From assembly GCF_964204645.1 (NCBI RefSeq), contig NC_134035.1:12804451-12868450 (forward strand): a DNA stretch of 64,000 nucleotides. The letters are read 5' to 3'. Positions 1 through 13,500 of the stretch are shown here, in pieces. The stretch comes from Tubulanus polymorphus. Its lineage: Eukaryota; Animalia; Nemertea. A model generated the notes under the pieces. That model saw only the letters and a list, made by a program, of their open reading frames with translations, ran no database searches and was not told the origin of the DNA. Position 1 is the stretch's first letter. Each line of letters begins with the position of its first letter. The position numbers and the translations under genes are program-made.

Positions 1-1109
1 CTTTCAATCTTCACGCATTGAAACCGAATTCAAAAGTATTTAAGATGATTGCGACTTTTTACGGTTTCAGTAGATCCAGGGTCAGGCTGCAAGGGAAGAC
101 AGGGACCCAGACACCCGAAACCACTCCTCAGATCGGCCTATTAATCAACAGTATTTCATGCATTAACCTATTATGTAAAATCTTCATTATTTCATTGATT
201 ACAAGCAGTTAAAATTCAAATCAATATTAAAACATTTCTATGCACAAGTTCATTTATCTTCCACTGATTTATGTTACAATTGTATTGAATATTTGTGACA
301 ATGAATTAAATTTTTCATCCGCTATCGATTCATTATTGTTTGCAAACCACCGCGGTTTGTCTTATTTTCATTAATAAAAAGTGATTGAATTTAAAGAAAG
401 TGTCGTTCTATCGGTGAAACAATCTAGAAAAAACTGTGGTTTCTGCTTACTAACACTATGAATTGCAACATTCAAACATGGAGTACTCTTATTTGGTGGA
501 CGATTGTGCATTCAAGCGGGAAATTATTCACATATCATTTAATAAATCCTCATAGCCGATATTCTCTTCTTTCGGATACTTTTTACCGTTTTCGTTTACC
601 TTAGATATCAGCTGAGATATGATCGTTTAAATAGATGGTATCGTTCGGCAATATTTGTGTTACCTTACATGTGCGGTTCGGTGCGCGTTTCCCTGTCTCC
701 CTTACCCCGAAAACATATTCTCTGATACGATTCCACTATTTCTACTCTTTTGAAACTAATCTGTCATGGAAAAATTGCCAGTCAGCGCTGTTTTTTAGAG
801 AATTTCAGAATTTTGCCCGAGTCCGGCCCGCCAATCGGTAAATAGTTTGTCCAGTACGCTGGTTAAAAGTGTCTGGCAAGCGAGTACGATGTTAGTTCGC
901 GTTTTCCCCGCTATCGTTATGCATAGGGGCAGCACTAGACGGTCGAGATCTGACACCACTGTGGCGGGCGAATTAAAGAAAAGTAGTGTTAATTGCCAAT
1001 TCCATCGACGGCAATGCTTTATTTAGTGACATTATTTGTTTAATAAGAGGCTATGGTAAATGAATTCTTATGTATTGAGTGGTGCATCTAAAAGTCTTGC
1101 AAAAAAGTG

Positions 1110-1345
1110 TCCTGTGCAGTTAGCTCAGTTATATGCTATATTAATAAGTGGATGACTTGGAACCAAGTGGTTCGAAACCACCTCTGGCGTTGGCTGTCAA
1201 GACACATATGTGGACTAAGCTCAGCTTAGTCATGTTGTGATTAATAAAAACCAAAAAAGGCCCCAGCCGTCCCTTAAGACACACAAGGGTTACAATGTTA
1301 TCTGCAGTAGGCCAGGGTCGTAAAACTATCAACCTGGAAAAAACT
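1110..1345 (+). mobile_element. tRNA-derived SINE-like element
   Basis: A-box-like TAGCTCAGTT and B-box GGTTCGAAACC followed by a body sequence and A-rich end; no intact cloverleaf. Confidence 0.5.
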
Positions 1346-1629
1346 TAACTGTTCGCATGATAACCTCACTTGTCTCAGAACAATTTAAGTTAAAAAACAA
1401 TAAAGAAATTTGTGTCAGTTTTTTCCAATCATTTTTATTCCATTGATGTATTACAATATAATTCCACCATTCATTGTGTTGTTGTTATCATTGTGATGTC
1501 ATTGTTTTTTTCTTATTACATAGTATTTATCATACATTTTTAAGTCATGGCGCGTGTAACGACGACTTGCGACTTAAAAACTGAACCTGAATATAACACA
1601 AACAAGTCTTATAAAAGTTGTTAAACATC

Positions 1630-1742
1630 AGGACCCAGTTCCACAGTTGTGCGTTAGAGTTAACTCTTGAGTTAAAGTTAGTTCATTTTCAATGTTTTAA
1701 CCCAGGGTCAAATCTTAACTCAGAACTGTGGAACTGGACCCT
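1630..1742. mobile_element. Short (~110 bp) palindromic MITE, family A (ccagttccacagtt...aactgtggaactgg)
   Basis: Terminal inverted repeats. Related copies at about 19300-19408, 35099-35184, 36701-36812, 36931-37016 and 56403-56513. Confidence 0.8.
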
Positions 1743-2755
1743 GTAGACCAGACTTAATCCGGATCAGTTTAATCAGACGTGTGATCTAATCCAGATATCA
1801 TTTACGGCACATCTATACATAAATATGTTTAATCCAGAGTTCTGATAAACCGGGCTGCTCAGTCATATCTTAGATTTAAGACCACACTAAGACCATTTTG
1901 GGTCTATAATGACCAATCCAAAAATTTTGGACTGTTTTTAAGATTTGAGACCTAAACACTTGTGGACTTGGGTCACGACTGTGTTACTGAGCCTAGGCCT
2001 ACATCAACTTCATCGGTCTCAAATGATCCGAATTAAGCAAGGTCTACTGTATATATTTGTGTCTACAGAACACTGCCCTCCACCTCAATACGGAAAGAGT
2101 CGAGAGGTATAAACTTCACTTTCTCCTCACGGATATAAATCTTCCTAAAAAGCATGAATTATTATTGAAACATAAGTTTAATACTAATAGTTTATACGTA
2201 GCCTAGAGTTATTTAGAGGCAGGTTATTTTCAACGGAATACAATTTTCGTGCGTCCACGTATATTTTTCGACCAAAACCTGCCTTGAAGAAATTAAAATA
2301 TCATCTAACAACTTATACAACCCACAATTGAAGAGAAAGTAAACTGTTTGTGTGCCTGTACGTCCCGGGTCTAAACAAGCAAAGGATTTTTTTTTAAACA
2401 CTGAATTTTTACTCGTCGACATTTAAACATAAAAATAAACTCACAACAAAAATCTAATGGATGATGTTCATCACCATCATCATCATCATGAACACACTAC
2501 TACTCCTGAAGTTCATCATCATCATCAACCACGCAATAAATATTCTAAATATTTTAACACATCTAAACACATCATCAGCAATATCATATACCGTTAACAG
2601 TCGTTAGTTATTTCAGTACATATTTCAATCATTCATCGTCAATACTGATCAGCTGCAGTCTAACACAACTGAGACAGAGGATAGCGTACTACAGATCACC
2701 GAGTTGGAGTCCCAGGTAGCCGAGTTCGAGTCTCCACAATAACCAAGTTAGAGAA

Positions 2756-2876
2756 TCTCCATCCTCCCCGGCAGGGATTCGAACCTGATGGCATCGAGAT
2801 TGCCACGGCACGTTCGTGCCGTGGCTGAGTGTAGCGATGCCATCAGGTTCGAATCCATGCCGTGGGAGGATGGAGA
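2756..2876. repeat. 121-bp hairpin formed by two inverted tRNA-like (A box/B box) units
   Basis: tctccatcctccc-cggcagggattcgaacctgatggcatcg...gccacggcacg pairs with cgtgccgtggc...cgatgccatcaggttcgaatcc-atgccg-tgggaggatggaga. Confidence 0.8.
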
Positions 2877-4383
2877 ATCTTGACGATAGACAAAGATGGA
2901 GTTCAAAGTAACCAAGTTTAGAGTCCAAGGTTGCTAAGTAGGAGTCCCTGAGTAGCTGAAATGGAGTTCTCCGACACCCAAGCTGAAGCCATAGGTTCAC
3001 CTGTAGTGAAATTTATCGTCTATCGGTAGGGATTTAGACCTGATAGCATCGAGACTGGAGAACAGTACAACATCCTACCCGAGTAGAACAATCTTTCCTC
3101 TACAGGGATTCGCACCCGATAATATCAGGACTCTTCGACCTGATAAGATTAGGACTCCACTACAGTAGCTACAGTGACAGATGATTGAAATAAGTAAAGG
3201 GTTAAACAATGACTGTGTATCGTGTTGAACCTGAGCCATATTATAGTAATTAATACCCATAGAAGCCTAAAACACAGCTATAAATAATCATACAGAAATA
3301 TGTATAGCAAAAAATATCCCGGGAATTCACAACAACCAACACATCTTTACCCAAGACTGCGAAACCAACGATGAAAAAAATGGAAAGGTTTAAAACATCG
3401 ACAAATTTACTAAAATTCGGCTTTCAACTAAAAAAACCATTTAATCAAGTATTTTAATTGAAAACCAAAGATTCAGAGTTTTTGAGAAACTTCTCGACAT
3501 TTTATCTTCTGGTAATTTTTATCATCATTGCTGGTTTAACGCTGTAGTCTTTATTTCGCGACATGTACAGCAAATTTCGACCCCTTTATAACATCTAACA
3601 GTTCGAGTTCAATGACTTCAAGTTTGAAATTTCAAACTGTAAAATTATAAGTTAGGTTTTCCGCGAGTTCGGCAATGTTTCCTGCACATAAGATTTGTCA
3701 CCATTAATGGGATTCTATAGTTATATACAGTAGACGACTCCGTTCAACTCGGAGCCGATCAATTTTCTTAAATATTTCTTGTGAAACTGTATGAAGTACA
3801 TAGCATCCAAACTCAGATGTCACTCTACTGGGACACATTTCTACGGTCCCAAAAGATCCAACTTCAGCAAAGTCTACTGTATATAAATATATATTAATTT
3901 AAAACCCATTTGCATGTTTGTTATATGCACGTTACTGTAACACACACTAGACTACTGCTAATTCACTGCGCGCTACAGTGTCACTTGGAGTATGGTTTAC
4001 ATTTCGATCGTAAAACTCTTTTTCGAGTATCGTAATATAATCCAAAATATGACTAGCAATATACCGATATCATCATTCCCGTCTAAAGCCAGTTTCACCG
4101 AATTGTTTTTCAATTGCCGGCGTAAATTAAAAATATCGACGTGTGAACTATTGAATTATCTTCTCGTAAAACTAGGCCCATTTTAAAACAGCCATATCGG
4201 TTGTTTGTTGCGTGACGATTTTTACACAAGTCGAGAAACTAGGTAACAATTTGACAAAGTCTCATTACATATTTACATAATTGCAGTCAAACTCAGTGGA
4301 GTCTTCATCAGGGATGAATCATTACGTTACTGAAGTCGACTTTATTTTTTTGAGTTCCAGTTTGTATTTCCAATTCAATAATA

Positions 4384-4772
4384 AGGCCTTTTTTAATTTT
4401 TTGGTTTACGGGGTAGACCTATTCAAATATATCATTTCGAAGGAATTAAAAATGTTTAAAAAAATTCCCTCAGTGAGATAAAATCACTTTTTGAGGGAAC
4501 TGTCAATAGGGCAATATACATATGTCCAAACAAATGATTCTTGGAAAGTTGCAATTCTGCACACTGCGACGGAAAAAGAACCTGTCATTTTCAATTCTTT
4601 CAGCATTCAAGTCAGGATTCTCATTAGGCGGAGGTGAAAAAAATTGTTTAGCTCATTTTTTCACCGAATTTATTCCCCGGACAGGAATAGAAAAAAAATT
4701 TCATTTTTATTTGACTTTTCTTCAAATTTCGGAGGCAGTTCCTGTAAACCAAACAATTAAAATAAAAGGCCT
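4384..4772. mobile_element. MITE with AGGCCTTTT termini (PIF/Harbinger-like)
   Basis: About 30-bp imperfect TIRs aggcctttttaattttttggtttac / gtaaaccaaacaattaaaataaaaggcct. Confidence 0.6.
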
Positions 4773-6248
4773 ATTGTAAGTCATCATTTGGAAAAGTCGT
4801 CCACGAAATGATAACTACGACCACGACTTAAACAATGACTTTGACTGCATTTACTAGAAGAACCCTTACACACTGCATACATTAACAATTGTGGCCAAGA
4901 TTCACCCCCTGACATACATGCGCACATACACAGCACATACACGCGCACATAATATAGAGCATAAATGCATAAAGCTCTTGAAATCTATTCTCAATACTTC
5001 AAAACATTCGGTTTAAAAATTCCCTCACATCTCACTTCATAGTTCGGTAAACTCGCGCTCGACACAGGTAAAATTCCGTACGAACAAGTGCTTTATTGAC
5101 TTCGTTTCGTACCGAGTTGAACAAGCTATCCAATGCCGTACAATACTATTAGTAATTTTCACGGAAAGCTGAAAATATCAAGAGTCCATAGACAACCGAC
5201 GACTACCTGATACTTTTTATTAACGACAGATACTCCATGAATTATACAAAGATAAAGTCATAAGCCAATTGCGTTCCGTTAAAAAACTTCTATGGTTAAC
5301 GCAGTCATTGGAATGTATGTTATAAATCAGCGCCTATTAATATTAGCACTCGGTTCGTAGGATGCGAGTCGAAATCATTTTGGAAAAAAGAAACTAAGAG
5401 TCAAATCTAACTCACGACTGTGAAACTGGGTCCTTGTCTATAAAATTGGCAAAGAGCAACTCAGCTACATTGAGGACTAAAGGTATTATCGAACCAAGAA
5501 ACGTAAGATTTACAGTGACCACTGTCTGTTAGTAATGTTTAAAGTGTCGCGTGGATTAGTATTCAATTGTTTCACTTCTGAGCGTCGATTCATTTCATGC
5601 TTTATCAAACCTTCACGCTTAATTCTAACATTTGTAAACATGCATCTAGAAAATAAATATATCTTACAGCTCGTCCCCCCTTTACTCCCTCTCCCTACCA
5701 CTCCCTCATCTCAAACTACACTCAACTATTATATGGTACAGCAGGACGATTCTGAGGTTTTTAACACATAAACATTTAAATCTTTACGATTCAGAGATTT
5801 GCAGCATTTTTTCTCTTCTAAAATATGTTTAGGCGTTTATTTATTATGAGGAGTTGAATAGAATACAAACAACATGAACTGTTTATTCAATGCCATCACG
5901 ATACCGATGTCACAGTCGATGGTCTGGTTTAAGTTAAAGCCTTTTGAAATCAAATCACTTTTTAACAAAAAAACCGACCATTTATGGTTAAGGGTTTGTG
6001 TTAAAACCGGGAATTTCAGGCAGAAAAGAGACTTCTAATAGAGAAATAATGTCAACAGTAAACAGTTAATAATTCTCAGCCCGCACAGACAGGTGAATGT
6101 CGTGCTATAGTAACGCTATATACAGCGCTACTGAAGGCTTCATTTATACTGTTAAATATCTAATTTACTCTGATTCAAGCCTGAAATAAACGATTCAGCA
6201 ATGAAATTACAGAACTTTCTCTCTCACAAGACCCTCAGGCTCCGTCTC

Positions 6249-6515
6249 TTAACACGTTCGCTGCCGGCTACAAATATACTTATAACCAGTGCCACTGATT
6301 CTTCATATTCACAGTAAGACTTGCACTCCTGCACGTGGGCATGACACGGTTCCTGATTGGCTGGCAATGTGAACCAGCTCAGCTTCATTCTCAATTCTCA
6401 TTGGTCAATTTCGAGCACAGGCTGACTATGTAACAGCTCCAGTGCCAATCTTCGAGTATATTTGTAGTGGCAATCGGGGGCAGCACCGTATTATCAAGGT
6501 AGCCGCGAACGTATT
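6249..6515. mobile_element. MITE with TTAACAC termini; same family as 48966-49517
   Basis: ttaacacgttcgctgcc ... gtagccgcgaacgtatt; shares gggggcagcac(c/t)gtattatca with the 49-kb copy. Confidence 0.6.
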
Positions 6516-7524
6516 CGTGATTCGGTCCCTTCACAAACATTCAACCCATTAGTCAACAGGGTTCAGATAATACTACACTAAACTAAACAAGACTTCGAGG
6601 TCACTGGGGAAACGTTTTCAAAAACCAGATGATGATAAATACATGAGATTCTCGGATTAATAAATCACGAACCCGCTCCAAAAGTTTTTGGTGGAAATTT
6701 GATGACCCTAGAATATTGAAAATATATTGAAACTAATCGTAGAGTCGATATTAATAGACACCGGAATCAGTGGAACTGTCACCAGTTTGAGACGTAAACA
6801 CATTAATCAAATCAACTCGTTTACTATGAAACATTTAACGCGCAATGTTTTTTCTCAGAATCATCTTTCACACAAAGTATTCATACATAATAAGCTCATC
6901 GCGTGTTTATCTAATAAAGAGCCATGACTAGTTTTCACATCAAACTGTAGAGGGCGTGCCGATACAACCTACTTCAACGACTTATATCAATTTCGGACGT
7001 ATTAAATTACTTAGCGGCGCCATCTACTGTCCAAATGAGACATTAAAATATTCCACTCGCCTGATCACGCGTTTTGAAGCTTGATCAGAACCGTGATCAA
7101 AACTCAACGCGGGCCCAGGTGATCGAATGTCGGTTAAAGTTAACCGGTGAATAACTGACACGGTGACAATTAGAATCAGTATTCGTTCTGATCAGTTAAA
7201 AATCATCGGTCCATTTCTCAGGTTTTGACTCTTTTCAAGAGTCGAATTCTAACCGGTAACCGTTGATCCAGTTCCAGCGTTCAACTGATCCCTGATGTTC
7301 GAGTTCAGGCAACGAACCCCGATGAGTCAATAGAATGAAAACACAAACTCACTCACTCACTCACTCACTCTTCACTCACTCTAATAAATATATCTACCCA
7401 AAATATTCAGGCCGTCAAAAGCAACCGAGTTAAATTAAATACTAATTTCATTATTGAATGACCATAATGACTGCGACCATCTCGTTCTCTATAATTACTA
7501 TAAGTATCCTATACGTATAAATTT

Positions 7525-10500
7525 TCACGCAGTTAACATCATGTTGTTTTTATCACTGTTGCCATCGATACCCGTCGTCGTCGTGGTTACCGATGATTGA
7601 GACGACGACGACGACGCGTGATTCGAATGATTCTCCGCCGATTTATCGTTTTCTTTATTTTCCGACGACGCGGACGTCGGCGTAACGACCGAGGCGGCGC
7701 CACCGTCCGATTCAGTTTTATCACCGGAGACCACGGGAGGCGATAGCAACGCGACCACTAGGTCGTCCATTATATCACAATCTTTGTCCAAAATGTTGAA
7801 TATTCGATTGAACAACATGAAGTGTTTCATCAGAATGTTCAGGTGTCCGTTTAACGATAATATCACAATTTCTTTGAAGTGTGCGTAGTAAATATGAGCG
7901 ATGACCTGGAACAGATATTTATGAATCTTCTTCACCACCGCTTCTAACGTACTCGGAAATTCATTACCTGCAAATAGAGAATGATTAGACTAGTACATAT
8001 AAAATGGACAGATTCACGCAGATGAGATACAAATTGTCCACTTCTTACAAACGGCTTAAAAGAAAAGACAGTTTCTACTTCCCAGCTTAGAAGGGTGGTG
8101 TCATGTTTGACTGTGGGATACCCAGCTTACTGAGGCGAGGTGTCATGCATGTCTCTGGGACGCTCAGATTGTGGGTGCAGAAAAGCTGTATCAGTTTGAG
8201 TTGAATACAACATTCCTCTATAATCAACTGTGCATCAGGGCTAAAACGTGGTAAGGTTTGTGGATTGGTTTAATCGTAGTTGATTATAGAGGAACGATGT
8301 ATTCGAACATGTCTTTTATCGATTCACTCATAACATGTTGTATAACCACTGGCCGAGTGGACTAGTTCTATCGGTCTTATGGTTACCGCGCTTGATTTCT
8401 ACATCCGAGACCCGGGTTCGATCCCAGTTGAGTACGCGTAATTTCACTGTCTCCTAATCGTTACGCGTATTCATTTTTTCAATTAATAACTCATTTGAAA
8501 TTGTTATATTAACATCGATAATAGATACTGTATATATTCTGTTACACGCGTAAAGTGTCAATGTTCTATTTTAATGTAATGTTGTCATATTTTCAAGTGC
8601 CATTAACGTTAGTTCTGTATAACGATCACATTGAGAGTATGTGACACGAGTTGCTTCTCTCTCTCATGTACTATACCGCTGTCAGCGCGTCGTATTGTCA
8701 ATAAGTCGGTTGTTGATACGAAATGAATTGGACTCTTCGAAGAACCAGTGAACACTTCACGCGATCGCTCGCTGGTAACAGTTTTTAAAAAAAATTTTAA
8801 AATCGATTGTTGAAAATATAAAGATGAAAAGGTCATATTCTAGAGAGAGGAAAGAGAGGAGAGAAAAGAGAGGAGAGAGGAGGAGAGAGGAAAGAGAGGA
8901 GAGAAAAGAGAGGAGAGAGGAGGAGAGAGGAAAGAGATGAGAGATAAGAGAATAGAGGAGAGAGAGGGGCGAGGTAGGCGGTTTAGAAATTGATCTGTTT
9001 CTACTTGGAAGAAATTGTAAGTATTCTACTGTAGCTCTGGGCGTATAGAAGACTACAGTCTATTCAAAAACCATAAGAAACGATGCATTTTACTGAACAA
9101 CAGAGGAATATTGAGCTATTTAAGATTGAGGGAATGAATTCGATATATTGACAAACACTGAGCCAATAAAACAAATCCATTCTTTAGGTGAACAGATTTT
9201 TATCAAGGTGAGGTATAGTAAGTAAGTTATACCGATACTGTTACATCTGCTGAGGTTAACATCACCTCATATATATGATGACCTTGACATAGAGAGCAGG
9301 TGGTTTTATGTACTGCTCCCCACTCCCTCCCACTCCCTCCCCCCATTCATACTATACTTCACTGACATGTATATACACGGGTATATATATCTGTGAACAA
9401 ACAAAATAGCACAACAATTCCTCAGTGAACTTGTGATGTTAAAACAACTCCGAACTAGAAACAATGTTCTTGTCTCTTTCATCTCGTGTACAAGACAAAC
9501 AACACTTACACCAGTTACAACAGTTACATCAACGTAGAGCAGAGAATAGGCAATCACCTACTCGTTCTTATCACTAGATAAAAACTCTGCTGGGGAGTTT
9601 GATTAGGTTGTTCGGTAAGGATAAGAAAATAACAAGAAATTCCTGACTTTACGTGATATAGGCCAAGGTTAGGTACAGGTAGGGTATATATACATATATA
9701 TATATATAATAAAACCCTGCACCTCGAATATTTTAACCCTAAACGCGCCAAGCGCCACATAGGACAGGGTCAGCATACCTTCCTGATTGAAGGGTGAGTC
9801 CAGAGAAGAATCATTGACCACGAAAATCTCAATAGGTTCAAAGGGACCTTTCAGTAGGTTCAGGAGAAACTAAGAGCCATGGTTTGACGAGGCAAGTAAT
9901 GGCCTTAGACCAATACCTATATTGGATATAGCAGCCATGTCAATGGTCACAAGCGGGTCCCTCCCATGGTATTAGATATTTTTGAAGAAATAAACCCTAA
10001 AAGATCTAATGAATGGATGAGCGTCAAATTAATAGTTTTTATACAATCTCTGTCTTAAAGAAATGGGCAACCTTGATGGGAAAGCAGGGTCCAGACCCCA
10101 GAGACTACCCCCCTAAATCAGCCTGTCTACCTGTTATAGAAACTGGGGTCGGAGAGGACTAGGGGCCGTAGGGGGTGGGTGTGAGTGAGGGTCTAAGGGG
10201 GCGTAAGGAAGGTGGATCGATACTTACCGAATTTGGTCGGGAAAACAGATTCATCAGCTATCAAAGTCTGTATATAAGTCATCACATAGTCTATATACTG
10301 AGGAGCTGCACAACGACATTTCTTACCCTTCTCATCTAACCACATAAATTGTCTGGAAAGAAAATCAAACAGATTATTTAACTTAATGTTTCACACAAGA
10401 ACCCTCAGATTTACCGCCAGAAACCCTGAATTCTACTAGAAGTTAACAGTAGTCTCTAGTGAAGATCCCTCAGTGAAAACTGAACGCTCTTGTCTATAAA

Positions 10501-13500
10501 ACTGACTTGTGGCATTAACTTTAACCAGGGGCCAGTTGCTCAAAAGTTGTTTAGAGTTAACCAGTTGATGGTTGACATAGTGACAATTAAAAGTTTATTG
10601 TTACTATGGTATCTATCCACTGGTTATCTTTAACCGACTTTTGAGCAACTGGCCCCAGGGGGTTAACTCAATTCATTAGTTCAGCCCTACCAGTCTATAA
10701 AACTGGTCCAAAGATGTTTGGTTTTCATCATTGGAATTCAAACCAATTCATCCCATCACCCCAACCCCCCACCATCTCCCACACTGTGCGGTTTAGGATA
10801 TTACCGATATCTCACTAATGACCACATTTCTCCCAGTTCAATTATAAACCGTTTTACCGACTGATGCTAACTTCATTACGGAGGCTGATACTATTACATA
10901 ATGTCTCTCGGTATAAACTGAAGTAAACAATGCTATTATACGATAATATAAGTTAATTGCTCTCTCTCTCTCTTTCGCTGAGAGCTCCGAGTTCAGAGAG
11001 AGGGAGAGAAGAGAGAGAGGGAGAGAAGAGAGAGAGGGAGAGAAGAGAGAGAGGAGAGAGAACGGGAGAGAGAAGGAACCTACAATTTGTGCGGTAATTG
11101 GTTTATCAATACACGGTATATATCATACATAGATCGGATATCGTACCGAGTTATGTTAAACCACTTACTACTGATAATCACAATTTCTAGTTGTTTATCA
11201 GGGTTTGAGACGGGGATTTATTAAGATAACAATCCTTGTAAAGCTCGCTCTAATGTAGTTACTTCTGTCACCGGAAATTCTCACGACCAAAATGATCAGG
11301 ACCGGATCTCAACGTTCTCAGTTGTAAATTAGTACATTTCCGACCCTGGAGTCCCCTTTCACTTTCGAACGAGAACAAAAGGAACCAAATCGTGGCTGTA
11401 AATCCACAATTCTAGGGTGAAATTTACATTTTTCAGAGTCAAAATAAGTTGACTTTCAATGTATCAACTCTGAAAGCCAAATTTTTAACACAAATCTATA
11501 TGGAACTATAGAGGTATATTAGAGAGGTATATTAGAGAGGTATATTAGAGAGGTATATTAGAGAGGTATATTTAAGGGGTAGAATTGAGGGTTATATTTG
11601 AGAGTGATATTTGAGGGGTCGATTTATGGGGTAGATTTAAGGGGTAGATTTCAGGGGTTGTACATGATTTAAGGGGTAGATTTGAATTGGTATATTTGAG
11701 GGGTAGATTTGAGGGGTTGTACATGATTTAAGGGGTATATGATTTAAGGGGTAAATTTGAGAGGTATATTTGAGGGGTAGATTTGAGGGGTTGTACATGA
11801 TTTAAGGGGTATATGATTTGAGGGTTATATTTGAGAGGTATATTTAAGGGGTAGATTTATGGAATATATGATTGGAAGGGGGTATATGATTTACCGGTAA
11901 GATGTATATTTGAGAGGTATATCTAGGGGGTATATTTAAGGGGTATATAATTTAAGGGGTAGATTTGAGGGGTATATTTGAGGGTTATATTCGAGGGGTT
12001 GTACATGATCTAAGGGGTATATGATTTGAGGGGTAGATTTGAGGGATTGTACATGATTTAAGGGGTAGATTTGAGGGGTATATTTGAGGATTAGATTTGA
12101 GGGGTAGATTTGAGGGGTAGATTTAAGGAGTATATGATTTAAAGGGTATATGATCTAGAGGTATATGATTTGAGGAGTATATGATATATAGGGATACATA
12201 CGTATTATAAGGTGCAGTCATCGCCGTGCATTCATTAGCCGTACAGAATTCCGATATTGTACCGTATAACAAGTTGATATGTTCAAAAAATGAGATCGCT
12301 GCAAAAAAATAAAAAACAGGTGATTAAAAATCGATTCGCACTTAATGTAGAAAAAGAACCCCTGTCTGACCCAGCCTGACCCAATCCGACCCGCATCCCA
12401 ACATTGATCAGGTTCAAAGCGAGCCAGTCCCCAACAACTAGAATTTTTGATGGTAGATTAGGGAATTGTGAGCAAAGCCACCACAGGGCTGCCAATCTCT
12501 TAAAAGGGCTGCCAGTAACAAATTGAATTTTTTTCAGTAATTTTATTGCAATATTAAAGAAAATGTTATAATTATCAGTAATCAACAGTAAGACCCTCAG
12601 TAACATCTTTCATATTTCTGCTCAAGTTAATCAGTAACAACAGTAAGACCCTCAGTAACATCTTTCATATTTCTGCTCAAGTTAATCAGTAATGAACAGT
12701 AAGACCCTCAGTAACATCTTTCATATTTCTGCTCAAGTTAATCAGTAACAACAGTAAGACCCTCAGTAACATCTTTCATATTTCTGCTCAAGTTAATCAG
12801 TAATGAACAGTAAGACCCTCAGTAACATCTTTCATATTTCTGTACAAATTAATCAGTAATCAACAGTAAGACCCTCAGTAACATCTTTCATATTTCTGCT
12901 CAAGTTAATCAGTAATGAACAGTAAGACCCTCAGTAACATCTTTCATATTTCTGTACAAATTAATCAGTTATCAACAGTAAGACCCTCAGTAACATCTTT
13001 CATATTTCTGTACAAATTAATCAGTTATCAACAGTAAGACCCTCAGTAACATCTTTCATATTTCTGTTCAAATTAATCAGTAATCGACAGTAAGACCCTC
13101 AGTAACATCTTTCATATTTCTGTATGCATCAAATAAATCAAATCAGTGGGACAAAGTACCGTAACAAAATACTAAAAATCACGAACAGTTCTGCAACTAT
13201 AGAATCTAACACTCCCCCGCTACTCTGCCACCGTGGTCGGGCGGTCGGGTGGTCGGTGTAGCACCCCCCCCCCCCCCACGGTGGGTGTGGTATTCACTTA
13301 CTGTGAGTGGCTAACCATTCATGATAACACAGTCCTGGAGGTAATGTTACAAGTCGTTCTAAGTGTTCAATATCACAAACGCTGCAATCTTTCACGTATT
13401 GTTCTTCCATGTATAAATGAAATTCATCCTGAGCCGGTGAAGGGGAATCTTTATCTTTCTTACGACCTTTCCTGAAAATACACAACAAATATACAAATAC

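Noticed and set aside
590-860. Promoter-like GC/CCAAT motif (about 820-838) and a minus-strand donor at about 599, suggesting the first exon of a neighbouring gene
   Set aside because: No coding sequence identifiable within the window; evidence too thin.
8365-8436. Possible tRNA gene with a CTA (amber suppressor) anticodon
   Set aside because: Acceptor and anticodon stems do not form properly; better explained as a SINE head or pseudogene.
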